64,000 nucleotides of DNA from Limisphaerales bacterium. GTDB taxonomy: Bacteria > Verrucomicrobiota > Verrucomicrobiia > Limisphaerales > SIBE01. Below are positions 51,204 to 60,901 of the stretch, in pieces. The translations under genes were made by a program, and so were the position numbers. The stretch lies in NCBI GenBank assembly GCA_044225505.1, contig JBGAIN010000013.1, positions 1 to 64,000 of the forward strand, in the 5' to 3' direction. Positions within the stretch are counted from its first letter, which is position 1. Every line of letters begins with the position of its first letter. The notes beneath the pieces were generated by a model. That model made no database searches. It saw only the letters and a program-made list of their open reading frames with translations, and was not told the DNA's origin.

Positions 51204-51917
51204 ATGAACTTCGCCGTCCTACAATTTCCGGCTTCGAATTGCGATCAAGACGCGGTGCATGTGCTTGGCCAAGTGCTTGGTCATTCTGCTAAACTCCTCT
51301 GGCACAAGGAGAAATCGCTTGGTGCGGCCGATGCCGTGGTCGTTCCGGGCGGATTTAGCTACGGCGACTATCTGCGCACGGGCGCGATCGCGCGCTTTAG
51401 TCCGATCATGCAAGCGGTCTACGAGTTTGCCAACCAGGGCGGTTTGGTGCTCGGGATCTGCAACGGATTCCAGATTCTCTGTGAGGCTGGGCTGCTGCCT
51501 GGGGCGCTGGTTCGAAATCGATCGTTGCAGTTCCGATGTGAGCACGTGTTTATTCGCACGGAGACCGCCCAGTCGCCGTTCACTAACAGGCTTTCCCCCG
51601 GGACTGTGTTGCGTGTTCCCATCGCGCATGGGGAAGGGTGCTATTTTGCGGATGAAGGCACTTTGGAAGCGTTGCAGCGGAACGACCAGATTTTATGGCG
51701 TTACGCGTCGGCAGGAGGCGAGGTGAGGGACGGAGCCAATCCGAACGGCTCGCTGCAGAACATTGCTGGAATTTGCAATGAGAAGCGGAACGTGGCCGGG
51801 TTGATGCCCCATCCCGAGCGGGCGAGCGAAGCCATTTTGGGCGGCGCGGATGGCCGGCAGATCTTTGAAAGTATGATTCAGGCGTTGCAAAAGAAGTCTG
51901 TCCCTCAAGCGGCGTAA
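51204..51917 (+). CDS. purQ: FGAM synthase glutaminase subunit PurQ
   Basis: [23 protein letters not shown]. Confidence 0.96.
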   Translation: MNFAVLQFPASNCDQDAVHVLGQVLGHSAKLLWHKEKSLGAADAVVVPGGFSYGDYLRTGAIARFSPIMQAVYEFANQGGLVLGICNGFQILCEAGLLPGALVRNRSLQFRCEHVFIRTETAQSPFTNRLSPGTVLRVPIAHGEGCYFADEGTLEALQRNDQILWRYASAGGEVRDGANPNGSLQNIAGICNEKRNVAGLMPHPERASEAILGGADGRQIFESMIQALQKKSVPQAA

Positions 51918-51925
51918 GTGCGGCC

Positions 51926-52111
51926 TTGAAGATTCGAGATGTCATTAAATTACTCGAACACGACCAGTGGCGATTAGTCCGGATGCGCGGCAGCCACTGG
52001 CAGTTTCATCATGTCAGCAAGCCGGGGGCCGTCACGATTGCGGGGCATCCGCGGGCGGACGTGCAGACGCAAACGTTGAACAGTGTCCTGCGAAGAGCTG
52101 GGCTAAGGTAA
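51926..52111 (+). CDS. hicA: HicA family mRNA interferase toxin
   Basis: 61 aa, MKIRDVIKLLE..W..VRMRGSHWQFHH..KPG.VTI.GH; TTG start. Confidence 0.88.
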   Translation: MKIRDVIKLLEHDQWRLVRMRGSHWQFHHVSKPGAVTIAGHPRADVQTQTLNSVLRRAGLR

Positions 52112-52114
52112 AGC

Positions 52115-52333
52115 ATGCGCTATCCGATCATTATCGAACGAGGTCTGAACAGTTTCAGCGCTTATGCGCCTGACTTTCCTGGGTGTATTGCCGCCGCGGA
52201 GACGGAGCGGGAGACGATGCAGTTGATGAGCGAGGCGCTGCAATTGCACATCGAAGACATGCGTCAGCGCGGCGAAGCGATGCCCGATCCGAGCGCAGCT
52301 CGAGAGATCGATATTAGCCTGTCAGCGGATTAA
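52115..52333 (+). CDS. hicB: HicB family antitoxin (short form, no DNA-binding domain)
   Basis: YPIIIE...SAYAPDFPGC...EALQLHIE...GE.MP.P. Confidence 0.88.
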   Translation: MRYPIIIERGLNSFSAYAPDFPGCIAAAETERETMQLMSEALQLHIEDMRQRGEAMPDPSAAREIDISLSAD

Positions 52334-52384
52334 TGCCGCTGGACCGCTCGACTTTGGAGCGGTCCATTGACACCACGGATTTCC

Positions 52385-54796
52385 ATGATCGACCCTATCA
52401 TTACCCCCGAACTGGTTAAACAGCATAATCTCACTCCGGATGAATACGCCCGGATTGAGGAGATCCTCGGCCGCCCGCCGCGGTATACCGAACTTGGCAT
52501 CTTCTCCGTGATGTGGAGTGAACATTGCTCTTATAAGAATACCCGGCCGCTGTTGAAGACCTTTCCGACGAAATCGAAGAAGATCCTGGTTGGGGCAGGC
52601 GAGGAGAACGCCGGGATTGTCGACATCGGAGATGGGCTGGCGATCGCCTTCAAAATTGAATCGCACAACCATCCCAGCGCGGTCGAGCCGTTTCAAGGAG
52701 CGGCCACGGGAGTAGGAGGGATCATTCGCGACATTTTCACGATGGGCGCACGACCGGTGGCCGCCATCAATTCGCTGCGCTTCGGGCCGATTACCGAAAC
52801 GGAAAAAGAGGCCGCGGCGCGGAATGGCAGCTCTTCCGCAGTGGCGAATAATCGGCGCCTTTTGAGCGGTGTCGTTGCGGGTATCGCCCATTACGGCAAC
52901 TGTTTTGGAATTCCAACCGTAGCGGGGGAGGTTTATTTCGACCGAAGCTACGAAGGCAATCCGTTGGTGAACGCCTTCTGTTTGGGGGTTTTGCGCCACG
53001 AACAGATTGCCCGAGGGGCGGCCAAAGGGGTCGGGAACCCGGTCTTTTATGTGGGGCCCGCCACTGGTAGGGACGGTCTTGCGGGAGCGGCGTTTGCCTC
53101 GCAGGATCTGACCGAAGAATCTGCCGAGCAACAACGCGGAGCGGTTCAGGTGGGAGACCCGTTCATGGAGAAGCTCGTCTGCGAAGCTTGCCTGGAGTTG
53201 CTGGCAACCGGAGCGGTGGCAGGCATTCAAGACATGGGCGCGGCCGGGTTGACCTGTTCAACGTGTGAGACGGCATCGCGGGCTGGTACGGGGATCGAAA
53301 TTGAGCTGAGCAAAGTCCCTCAGCGTGTGCCGAATATGACCCCGTACGAGATCATGCTGAGTGAATCGCAGGAACGGATGCTCATCATCGTGCAAAAGGG
53401 ACGCGAGGAAGAAGTGCAACGGATTTTTGACAAGTGGGACTTGCCCTGGGCTGAGATTGGAACGGTGACAGACACCGGGCGCATGGTCGTCACCAATCAT
53501 GGCGAGATCGTGGCTGACATCCCTGCGAGCAAACTAGCCAACGACGCGCCCATCTACTACCGAGAGGCACGCGAACCTGACTATCTTCAGCAAGTGCGCG
53601 CCTTCCGTCTGACGGAAGTCCCGGACTGCGCGGATCCCACCTTGCCCCTCCGGTCGTTAATGGGCTGGCCCACGATCGCTTCCAAGAACTGGATCTATCG
53701 ACAGTACGACCACATGGTGCGCGACGGGACGGTCGTTTGTCCAGGATCGGATGCCGCTGTGTTGCGAGTCAAGTACGACTCTTTGCCTTTGACCGCGGAA
53801 GAGACACGTCAGCAGCGCGCCCAGTCCGAAGGTGCCAACGGTGCTGGTTACCCGCCTCCCAACCCGGACACGCGCGAGGCGTATATCGCCATGACGGTGG
53901 ATTGCAACGCGACCTATGTTTATCTCGATCCGTACGAAGGCGGAAAGACGGCGGTGGCGGAGGCGGCGCGCAACCTGGCTTGCTCGGGCGCTGTTCCACT
54001 GGGTGTGACGGATAATCTGAATTTTGGTAACCCGCACAATCCTGAGATCTTCTGGCAACTGAAAGAGGCGGTGCGCGGCTTGGCAGAGGCTTGCCAGGTC
54101 TTTAACGCTCCCGTCACCGGAGGCAACGTGAGTTTGTACAATCAAAGCCCGGCTGGCCCGATCGATCCGACGCCAACCGTTGCGGTCGTGGGCCGGATTG
54201 AAAAGAAGGAGCATATCACAACGCAATGGTTCAAAGATGAGGGGGATGTGGTTGTGTTACTCGGCGAACTGGTGGATGCGCAAGATCCGCTCCTGGGTTT
54301 GGGAGGTTCTGCCTACCTTAAGGTGGCCCACGGTCTGAAGACCGGGACGCCGCCCCGCTGTAATCTCGAGGCGGAAAACGAGTTGCATGGCGCCTTACGA
54401 GCGCTGATTCACTCCGGAGTGGTCAAAAGCGCGCACGACTGCAGCGAGGGGGGCTTGGCGGTGGCCTTGGCCGAATGCTGCATTTCCCGGCAGACGGCCC
54501 GCGAGACGCCACAGCTGATCGGTGCCGATATCGATCTGTCTGCGCTGGCCGCAACCCGATTGGACGCTCTCCTTTTCGGCGAAACCCAAGGCAGAATCAT
54601 TATCTCGGTCGCTCCGCTCGAGGCAGTCAAAGTCATTGAACGCGCGAAGATTTTGGGGGTTGGTGCGATCGTTCTAGGTCGCGTGGGCGGCTCTGAACTC
54701 AAAGTGAAGACGGCCAGCCAGGGCTGGGCGTGGGCTTTGGCCGAATTGCACGATATTTGGTGGAACTCTATCGCGCGAGCGATGAAGGAAGGGTGA
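52385..54796 (+). CDS. purL: FGAM synthase subunit PurL
   Basis: [47 protein letters not shown]. Confidence 0.97.
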   Translation: MIDPIITPELVKQHNLTPDEYARIEEILGRPPRYTELGIFSVMWSEHCSYKNTRPLLKTFPTKSKKILVGAGEENAGIVDIGDGLAIAFKIESHNHPSAVEPFQGAATGVGGIIRDIFTMGARPVAAINSLRFGPITETEKEAAARNGSSSAVANNRRLLSGVVAGIAHYGNCFGIPTVAGEVYFDRSYEGNPLVNAFCLGVLRHEQIARGAAKGVGNPVFYVGPATGRDGLAGAAFASQDLTEESAEQQRGAVQVGDPFMEKLVCEACLELLATGAVAGIQDMGAAGLTCSTCETASRAGTGIEIELSKVPQRVPNMTPYEIMLSESQERMLIIVQKGREEEVQRIFDKWDLPWAEIGTVTDTGRMVVTNHGEIVADIPASKLANDAPIYYREAREPDYLQQVRAFRLTEVPDCADPTLPLRSLMGWPTIASKNWIYRQYDHMVRDGTVVCPGSDAAVLRVKYDSLPLTAEETRQQRAQSEGANGAGYPPPNPDTREAYIAMTVDCNATYVYLDPYEGGKTAVAEAARNLACSGAVPLGVTDNLNFGNPHNPEIFWQLKEAVRGLAEACQVFNAPVTGGNVSLYNQSPAGPIDPTPTVAVVGRIEKKEHITTQWFKDEGDVVVLLGELVDAQDPLLGLGGSAYLKVAHGLKTGTPPRCNLEAENELHGALRALIHSGVVKSAHDCSEGGLAVALAECCISRQTARETPQLIGADIDLSALAATRLDALLFGETQGRIIISVAPLEAVKVIERAKILGVGAIVLGRVGGSELKVKTASQGWAWALAELHDIWWNSIARAMKEG

Positions 54797-54980
54797 GGGC
54801 TTGACCGGCCTGCAAATGGCCCGTAGTTTTTGGCGCCGGGCCAGACAACGATGAGCAGTATGCCGCGTGGATTTCAGTGGGAAGCTTTGCCCCTGAACCT
54901 GGAGCAGACTCTCTGTTGCAGCCTGTGTTCGCTGAACAGCGTTGCGCATTCGTAAGCGGCAGCGGCACTGCCATTGAGCC

Positions 54981-56441
54981 ATGCAGGAATACCCCAAACA
55001 TTACTGTGGCGTTTTCGGCATTTTTGGTCATCCAAATGCCGCCGAATTGACCTATTACGGATTGTACGCCTTGCAGCATCGAGGACAGGAGAGTGCAGGA
55101 ATCGTGGCGTGCGATGGTCGGCAGTTTCGTGTCCACCGAGGCATGGGTTTGGTTCCCCAGGTCTTTGACGGAGAGATTCTTCATCGGTTGGTCGGGCACA
55201 TGGCGGTGGGCCATACTCGTTATTCCACCACCGGCGCGTCGCACTTGCGGAACGCCCAACCGCTCACGGGCGATTGTCAATTAGGCCAAATTGCCATTGC
55301 CCATAATGGGAACCTGACGAACGCGGCCCACCTTCGCGAAGAATTGGAAGGCTGTGGCGCGATGTTCCAGACCACCGTCGACAGCGAGATCGTCTTGCAT
55401 CTCCTCGCGCAGCCTAAATTGGGCAAAACCGAGAATAACCTGGTGCAATCGATGCGCCGCTTAGAGGGGGCATATTCGCTCGTCATCATGAGCGAGCACG
55501 AATTGGTCGGCGTCCGGGATCCGCACGGCTTCCGTCCGTTGTCCATTGGCAAAGTGGACGATGCCTGGGTTCTGGCCAGCGAAACGTGCGCATTTGATTT
55601 GATCCACGCCAAGTTCGTGCGAGACGTGCAGCCCGGCGAGATCGTGATTATCGATAAGAACGGTTTGCGCAGCATCCAAGCGTTTCCGGAACATGAACGC
55701 CGCGCTTTCTGTATTTTTGAGTACATCTACTTCGCCCGTCCGGATAGCAACATTGCCAATCGCAATGTTTACAAAGTCCGGGTGGAAATGGGTCGCCAAT
55801 TGGCCCGGGAAAAACCGATTGAAGCGGATGTGGTCGTGCCGGTTCCTGACAGTGGCAATTCCGCTGGGCTAGGTTACTCGCTCGAATCGGGCATCGAGTA
55901 TCAAATGGCCTTTGTGCGAAACCATTATGTGGGACGGAGTTTCCTCCAGCCTTCTCAGCTCATCCGTGATTTCAACGTCCGCGTCAAATTGAACTTGATC
56001 CCCGACCTGGTGCGGGACAAGCGAGTGATTGTGATTGACGATTCGATCGTGCGAGGGACGACGTGTCGCGCTCGGGTGAAGCAACTCAAAGAAGCCGGGG
56101 CGAAGGAGGTCCACGTGCTGGTGAGTTGTCCGCCGCACATGAATCCTTGCGTTTACGGCATTGATTTCCCCGATCGAAGCAAGTTGATGGCCGCGAACAA
56201 CAGCGTGGATGAAATCCGTCGTTACCTCAACGCGGACTCATTGCACTACCTTTCGGCGAAGGGACTGGTGAAGGCTACAGGATTGCCCAAAGAATCGTAC
56301 TGCATGGCCTGTTTCAACGGCGAGTATCCCGTGCCGTATGATCCGAAAGTCGACAAGGAGATTATGGAACGACGGCGCGCACGCGTGGAGAGCTTGGGCG
56401 AAGCGCTTGCCAAAGAAGAATTGCAGCCGAAGTTGCTTTGA
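54981..56441 (+). CDS. purF: Amidophosphoribosyltransferase (propeptide and Fe-S type)
   Basis: Short propeptide then CGVFG; QHRGQE, DDSIVRGTT; Cys ligands CIFE, CVYG, CMAC. Confidence 0.97.
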   Translation: MQEYPKHYCGVFGIFGHPNAAELTYYGLYALQHRGQESAGIVACDGRQFRVHRGMGLVPQVFDGEILHRLVGHMAVGHTRYSTTGASHLRNAQPLTGDCQLGQIAIAHNGNLTNAAHLREELEGCGAMFQTTVDSEIVLHLLAQPKLGKTENNLVQSMRRLEGAYSLVIMSEHELVGVRDPHGFRPLSIGKVDDAWVLASETCAFDLIHAKFVRDVQPGEIVIIDKNGLRSIQAFPEHERRAFCIFEYIYFARPDSNIANRNVYKVRVEMGRQLAREKPIEADVVVPVPDSGNSAGLGYSLESGIEYQMAFVRNHYVGRSFLQPSQLIRDFNVRVKLNLIPDLVRDKRVIVIDDSIVRGTTCRARVKQLKEAGAKEVHVLVSCPPHMNPCVYGIDFPDRSKLMAANNSVDEIRRYLNADSLHYLSAKGLVKATGLPKESYCMACFNGEYPVPYDPKVDKEIMERRRARVESLGEALAKEELQPKLL

Positions 56442-56548
56442 GACCGTTAGGTTGGCTGTGCATGTCCGGCGGTTCTACGGCTGGGATCGGCCTCAGCATG
56501 CTCAGTGAGGACAGCGGTTTTGGCATTCTGCATCCACCGAACTGGCAC

Positions 56549-57502
56549 TCAGTTCACTACATTCTGCGGTTGGCCATTCAGGTAGCTTCGCACGTTGTCC
56601 ACCGTCACCCGCATCAACCGTGACCGCGCGGCGCTCGTGGCCCACGCGATGTGAGGTGTGATCAGGCAGTTGTTGGCCTTCAAGAGCGGATGAGTCGCGG
56701 GCGGCGGTTCCTCAGACAAGACGTCGAGTCCGGCGCCAGCGATGCGGCGGGCGTTGAGTGCTTCCGCCAACGCGAGGTCGTCAATCAGTGGTCCACGACT
56801 GGTGTTTAGCAGGAACGCGGTCGGCTTCATCAGGCTGAGCCGCTCGGCGTTGACCAGTTTTTGGGTTTGTGGCGTGAGCGGACAATGCAGGCTAATGACA
56901 TCGCTGGTGCGGAACAGTTGTTCCAATTCGACCCACCGAATGTGCGGCGGCAAGTCCGCTGGTTTCGAGCGGCTATGCGCGATCACTTTCATCCCAAATG
57001 CCGACGCAAGATCGGCAACCGCGCGGCCGATCCGCCCCAGACCAACGATGCCCAGCGTCAGCCCTTCCAGTTCGATCAAAGGAAAATCCCAGTAGCAAAA
57101 ATCCGGGTTCGCTGTCCACCGCCCTTGTCGCACGGAGTCCGCGTGATGGCCCGTGCGCAACACCAGTTCAAGAAGCAGCGCGATCGTCATCTGCGCGACG
57201 GAACGCGTGCCATAGGCCGGGACATTGCTGACGGGAATTCCGCGCGCACGCGCTGCGGTCGTATCGACAATGTTATAGCCGGTCGCGAGCACGCTGATGA
57301 ATTTCAAGTCTGGCAATTGGGCGATGTGTTCGGCCCGAACGGGGGTTTTATTCGTCAGGACAATCTCGGCCCCTGACGCGCGGGGGACGACGTCGGTCGG
57401 GGCGGTGCGATCGTGAATGTCCGCCGGCGCTAACGCGCGCAGCGGTTCCCAGCTTAGATCGCCGGGATTCAAGGTGAATCCGTCCAGGACGACAATCTTC
57501 AT
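56549..57502 (-). CDS. D-2-hydroxyacid dehydrogenase (glycerate dehydrogenase / hydroxypyruvate reductase-like)
   Basis: MKIVVLDG..LNPGDL, GLGRIG, LHCPLT, NTSRG, DVL..EPP, TPHIAW. Confidence 0.9.
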   Translation of the reverse strand: MKIVVLDGFTLNPGDLSWEPLRALAPADIHDRTAPTDVVPRASGAEIVLTNKTPVRAEHIAQLPDLKFISVLATGYNIVDTTAARARGIPVSNVPAYGTRSVAQMTIALLLELVLRTGHHADSVRQGRWTANPDFCYWDFPLIELEGLTLGIVGLGRIGRAVADLASAFGMKVIAHSRSKPADLPPHIRWVELEQLFRTSDVISLHCPLTPQTQKLVNAERLSLMKPTAFLLNTSRGPLIDDLALAEALNARRIAGAGLDVLSEEPPPATHPLLKANNCLITPHIAWATSAARSRLMRVTVDNVRSYLNGQPQNVVN

Positions 57503-57509
57503 TGCGCAG

Positions 57510-58307
57510 TTAGTATTTGGCGACGGCGCCTTTAGCACCGGCGACGCCGACGGCGCGCGCGATTTCCTGCGCTTTGTTCAGCATCATTCCTGCCTCGCTG
57601 GCGATCGCGATGAATTGGAATCCTTCCGCCACGCGGCGACGGGCGGCGTGTTCGTCGGCAACGTGAATGCCCGGCGCAATCCCGTATTTTTTGCAGACTT
57701 TCAGGATGTGAGCGAGCGCGTCATTGAACTCTTTATGATCACTTTCGAAGGCTGGGGCTTGGCCCATCGAATGGTGCAGGTCATTCGGTCCAATGAAGAC
57801 GGCGTCGATGCCTGGGACGCTGAAGATTTCTTCCGCATGCTCGATGGCTTGGACTTGTTCTGCCATCAGCACCACCAGGATTTCATCGTTGGCGCGGGCG
57901 TAGTAAGTGGCAGGATCGCATTCGAAATTGATGGCATGGAGCTGTCCCCCAATGGTGCGACGTCCGAGCGGAGCATAGCGTGCGGCGCCCACGGCCGCTT
58001 CGGCTTCTGCGCGCGAATTCACCATGGGCACAACAACTCCCCAAGCGCCGGTATCGAGCACGCGCTTGACATTTTCTACGCTGTTAACGGGCACGCGTGC
58101 GAGGGGGGCGGGACCGCTCGCGGAGATGATGGCAAAGCTGGTTGCGGCGGTTTCGAAACTGGTGGGAGCATGTTCCAGTTCGACAGTTAACCAGTCAAAG
58201 CCGACCCGGGCCATAAAGCGGGCAGCGATCGGATCCGACAAAGTCAGCCAGGTGCCAATGCTAGCTTCGCCTCGTTTGAGTTTGGAGCGAACGTGGTTGG
58301 TTTTCAT
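57510..58307 (-). CDS. HpcH/HpaI class II aldolase (GarL/RhmA-like)
   Basis: GFDWL..ELEH, RVLDTGA...PMV, YAPLGRR, FIGPNDL. Confidence 0.9.
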   Translation of the reverse strand: MKTNHVRSKLKRGEASIGTWLTLSDPIAARFMARVGFDWLTVELEHAPTSFETAATSFAIISASGPAPLARVPVNSVENVKRVLDTGAWGVVVPMVNSRAEAEAAVGAARYAPLGRRTIGGQLHAINFECDPATYYARANDEILVVLMAEQVQAIEHAEEIFSVPGIDAVFIGPNDLHHSMGQAPAFESDHKEFNDALAHILKVCKKYGIAPGIHVADEHAARRRVAEGFQFIAIASEAGMMLNKAQEIARAVGVAGAKGAVAKY

Positions 58308-58334
58308 GAAGAGAGGGACGGATCATTAGAGAGG

Positions 58335-59336
58335 TCAACGGCGCAGACGTGCTTTGAGACTCGGCGAGTTCAATACCTCAGGATTGACAATAAACTGGGG
58401 CCGAACTCCGTTCATCAAATCGACAATGGCTTGAGCCGCGGTCGTGCTGACGCGCTCCGCTGTTTCCCGTGCGAACGAGGCCAGATGCGGGGTCAGCAAA
58501 ACGTTAGGAGCGGTTCGCAAGGGATGTTCCGCAGGCAATGGTTCTACCACAAATGCATCCAGCGCGGCTCCGGCAATCTGACCTTCCTGCAACGCCCGCG
58601 CGAGCGCCGCTTCGTCAATCAATGCGCCCCGGGCTGTGTTGATCAGGTAAGCGTTGGGCTTCATTTTGCGGAACTGTGCTTCACCCAAAAGGCCCCGGTT
58701 GGCGGGAGTGGAAGCCGCATGAAGCGATACAAAATCACTCTGGGCGAGCAGCTCATCGAGACTCACGTAGCGGACGCTCGGGCCCAGGTTCGGGTCCGGG
58801 CAGATGTCGTAGGCGAGGATTGGCATACTGAAACCGGCAGCGCGACGCGCCATCGCTTGCCCAATGCGACCGCACCCGATAATGCCCAGAGTCTTTCCGT
58901 GAACGTCGTGGCCCCAGGCAGGGCGCCATTCGCCACGGGCCATGTGGGCATACCCGATGTGCACCTGACGCGCGGCGCTCAGGAGAAGGGCAAACGCAAA
59001 ATCAGCCACCGTCTCATTCAGCAACCCGGGCGTATACGCCACGACCACTCCTTGTGCAGTTGCCGTGGGGATGTCAATGGCGTCATACCCAACGCCCCAT
59101 CGTGAGATCAGTTTCAGTTGCGAAGCGGCCGAAGATTGCAGGACGCCAGGAGTGAATTTATCCATGCTGGCGAAGACGGCGTCATGCCCCGCGAGCATGG
59201 GCTGGAGCTCGTCGGCCGGATACGGGCCGAACCGGGGAGGAATCGTGAGTTCGCAACCGGCCTTGCGCAAGATGGCTACCGCTTCCGTCCCAACCTCCGT
59301 TAAGGTGCGGGCGGTGATGAGAACTTTCCAGGACAT
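58335..59336 (-). CDS. D-isomer-specific 2-hydroxyacid dehydrogenase (phosphoglycerate dehydrogenase-like)
   Basis: SRWGVGYD, GCGRIG, INTARG, LDAF..EP, TPHLA. Confidence 0.9.
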   Translation of the reverse strand: MSWKVLITARTLTEVGTEAVAILRKAGCELTIPPRFGPYPADELQPMLAGHDAVFASMDKFTPGVLQSSAASQLKLISRWGVGYDAIDIPTATAQGVVVAYTPGLLNETVADFAFALLLSAARQVHIGYAHMARGEWRPAWGHDVHGKTLGIIGCGRIGQAMARRAAGFSMPILAYDICPDPNLGPSVRYVSLDELLAQSDFVSLHAASTPANRGLLGEAQFRKMKPNAYLINTARGALIDEAALARALQEGQIAGAALDAFVVEPLPAEHPLRTAPNVLLTPHLASFARETAERVSTTAAQAIVDLMNGVRPQFIVNPEVLNSPSLKARLRR

Positions 59337-59507
59337 GCGCGGAGTGTAACCGGCCGCTTCCGGCGTGCAAGCGTGCGGTCGAAGAACTGATACGCCCGCG
59401 CCTCACCGTTGCGGCGAAGAGCTCAGCGTTTGTGAACAAAAGACCAAGAATTCCAAGACCATCAACCCTGACTCGGTGGTCTTTGGCACGTCCATTCCCG
59501 TCTCGGG

Positions 59508-59711
59508 CTACGGACGGGACTTCGACCGGCGCGGTGTTGGGTTTGACGTCGGAACCTGGGGCTTCCCTGGCTGGTCGGCCGCTAAGGACTTTGCCGGGGC
59601 GGAATCCGTAGCTTCTGCGGCTAGGTCTATGTTCTCAGACTCGCTGGAATCGCGGGTCACCTCGTTGGCCACTTGGTCGATCGGCCGACCATCAATCTTC
59701 GATGTGCGCAT
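59508..59711 (-). CDS. Possible small disordered hypothetical protein
   Basis: ATG-started 67-aa ORF in an otherwise empty 800-bp gap; no recognisable motif. Confidence 0.3.
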   Translation of the reverse strand: MRTSKIDGRPIDQVANEVTRDSSESENIDLAAEATDSAPAKSLAADQPGKPQVPTSNPTPRRSKSRP

Positions 59712-60154
59712 AGGGATGCTTTCCGAGCAACGCTCTGGTTGGTTTAGAATCTTCAAGTCTCCATACCGGAGTGCAAAAGGTGCGTTGCTCTAGCAAGCTG
59801 AGGTTGTCCGACTTTGTTCTGTCGAGCGTCAGGAATCATGCAAAACCTCCTTGCCTTTGGCCTCTGGCGAAAACAACTTGCCCCGAGTTGCAGGAAAAGC
59901 AATGCCTGTGGCGAGGGGAAACTTGCATTTTTGAAAAGCTGCGCGAAGTTACCGGTAGAAGTGGCGCCTACGGCGGCGTGAGCAGTTTAGGTTTGGTTTC
60001 CTCTCTCGCGTTAGCCAGGCGGCACTTCGTTTTTTTTGTACCCTTCCAGCCTGAGTTTGACAGCGTTTTCGCAAGCATCGAGCGGCGATGAGGAACTTGG
60101 AACCTCCTTGAAGCGACGGAGGTCTGCTGGTAGCTATTCGATTTCGTCGCAACT

Positions 60155-60901
60155 GTGACAGAAGTGGCCCAAGCAGATCGTCAGGGACGAGATCGCCGCG
60201 ATTTGGTGTATCGCGTTCGCGATCTCACCAAGGTTTACGGAATGGGCGCGACTGAAGTCCATGCCCTAGCCGGAGTGGATCTGGATTTGTACGCGGGCGA
60301 ATTCATCGTGCTCTTGGGACCTTCCGGGAGTGGCAAAACGACGTTGCTCAACAATTTGGGCGGGTTGGATGTGCCGAGCGGTGGCGAACTGCGGTATAAG
60401 GACCTCGACTTAACGCGGGCGAACGAAGACGAGTTGACGTCCCATCGCCGGGAGCGCATCGGATTTATCTTTCAGTTCTATAACTTGATTCCCAGCCTGA
60501 CTGCCCGGGAGAACGTGGCCCTAATCACGGAGATCGCCCGCAATCCGATGCCTGCTGAGGCCGCCTTGGAGATGGTCAACCTCGGAGCGCGACTGGACCA
60601 TTTCCCGGCGCAGCTCTCCGGAGGAGAGCAACAGCGCGTTGCCATCGCACGCGCCATTGCGAAACGACCGGAAGTGCTTCTTTGCGACGAACCGACAGGG
60701 GCTTTGGACGTCCGGACGGGGATCGTGGTTTTGGATGCGATCGCGCGTGTGAATCGAGAGTTGGGAACGCTGACGGTGATTATTACACACAACGCGGTCA
60801 TGGCGGACATGGCGGATCGCGTCATTCATTTTATGGATGGACGGGTGCATCACGTTCACGAGAATGCCGTCCGCGCCCCAGCCAGCCAACTGCACTGGTA
60901 A
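60155..60901 (+). CDS. ABC transporter ATP-binding protein (MacB/LolD-like)
   Basis: [35 protein letters not shown]. Confidence 0.95.
   Translation: MTEVAQADRQGRDRRDLVYRVRDLTKVYGMGATEVHALAGVDLDLYAGEFIVLLGPSGSGKTTLLNNLGGLDVPSGGELRYKDLDLTRANEDELTSHRRERIGFIFQFYNLIPSLTARENVALITEIARNPMPAEAALEMVNLGARLDHFPAQLSGGEQQRVAIARAIAKRPEVLLCDEPTGALDVRTGIVVLDAIARVNRELGTLTVIITHNAVMADMADRVIHFMDGRVHHVHENAVRAPASQLHW

Noticed and set aside
59437..59487. Hairpin and AAGACCA repeats as a riboswitch or ncRNA
   Set aside because: Short imperfect stem only; at most a terminator for the small minus-strand ORF
60682..60900. Extended start of the ABC permease
   Set aside because: It overlaps the ATPase gene; ATG at 60901 is coupled to the ATPase stop
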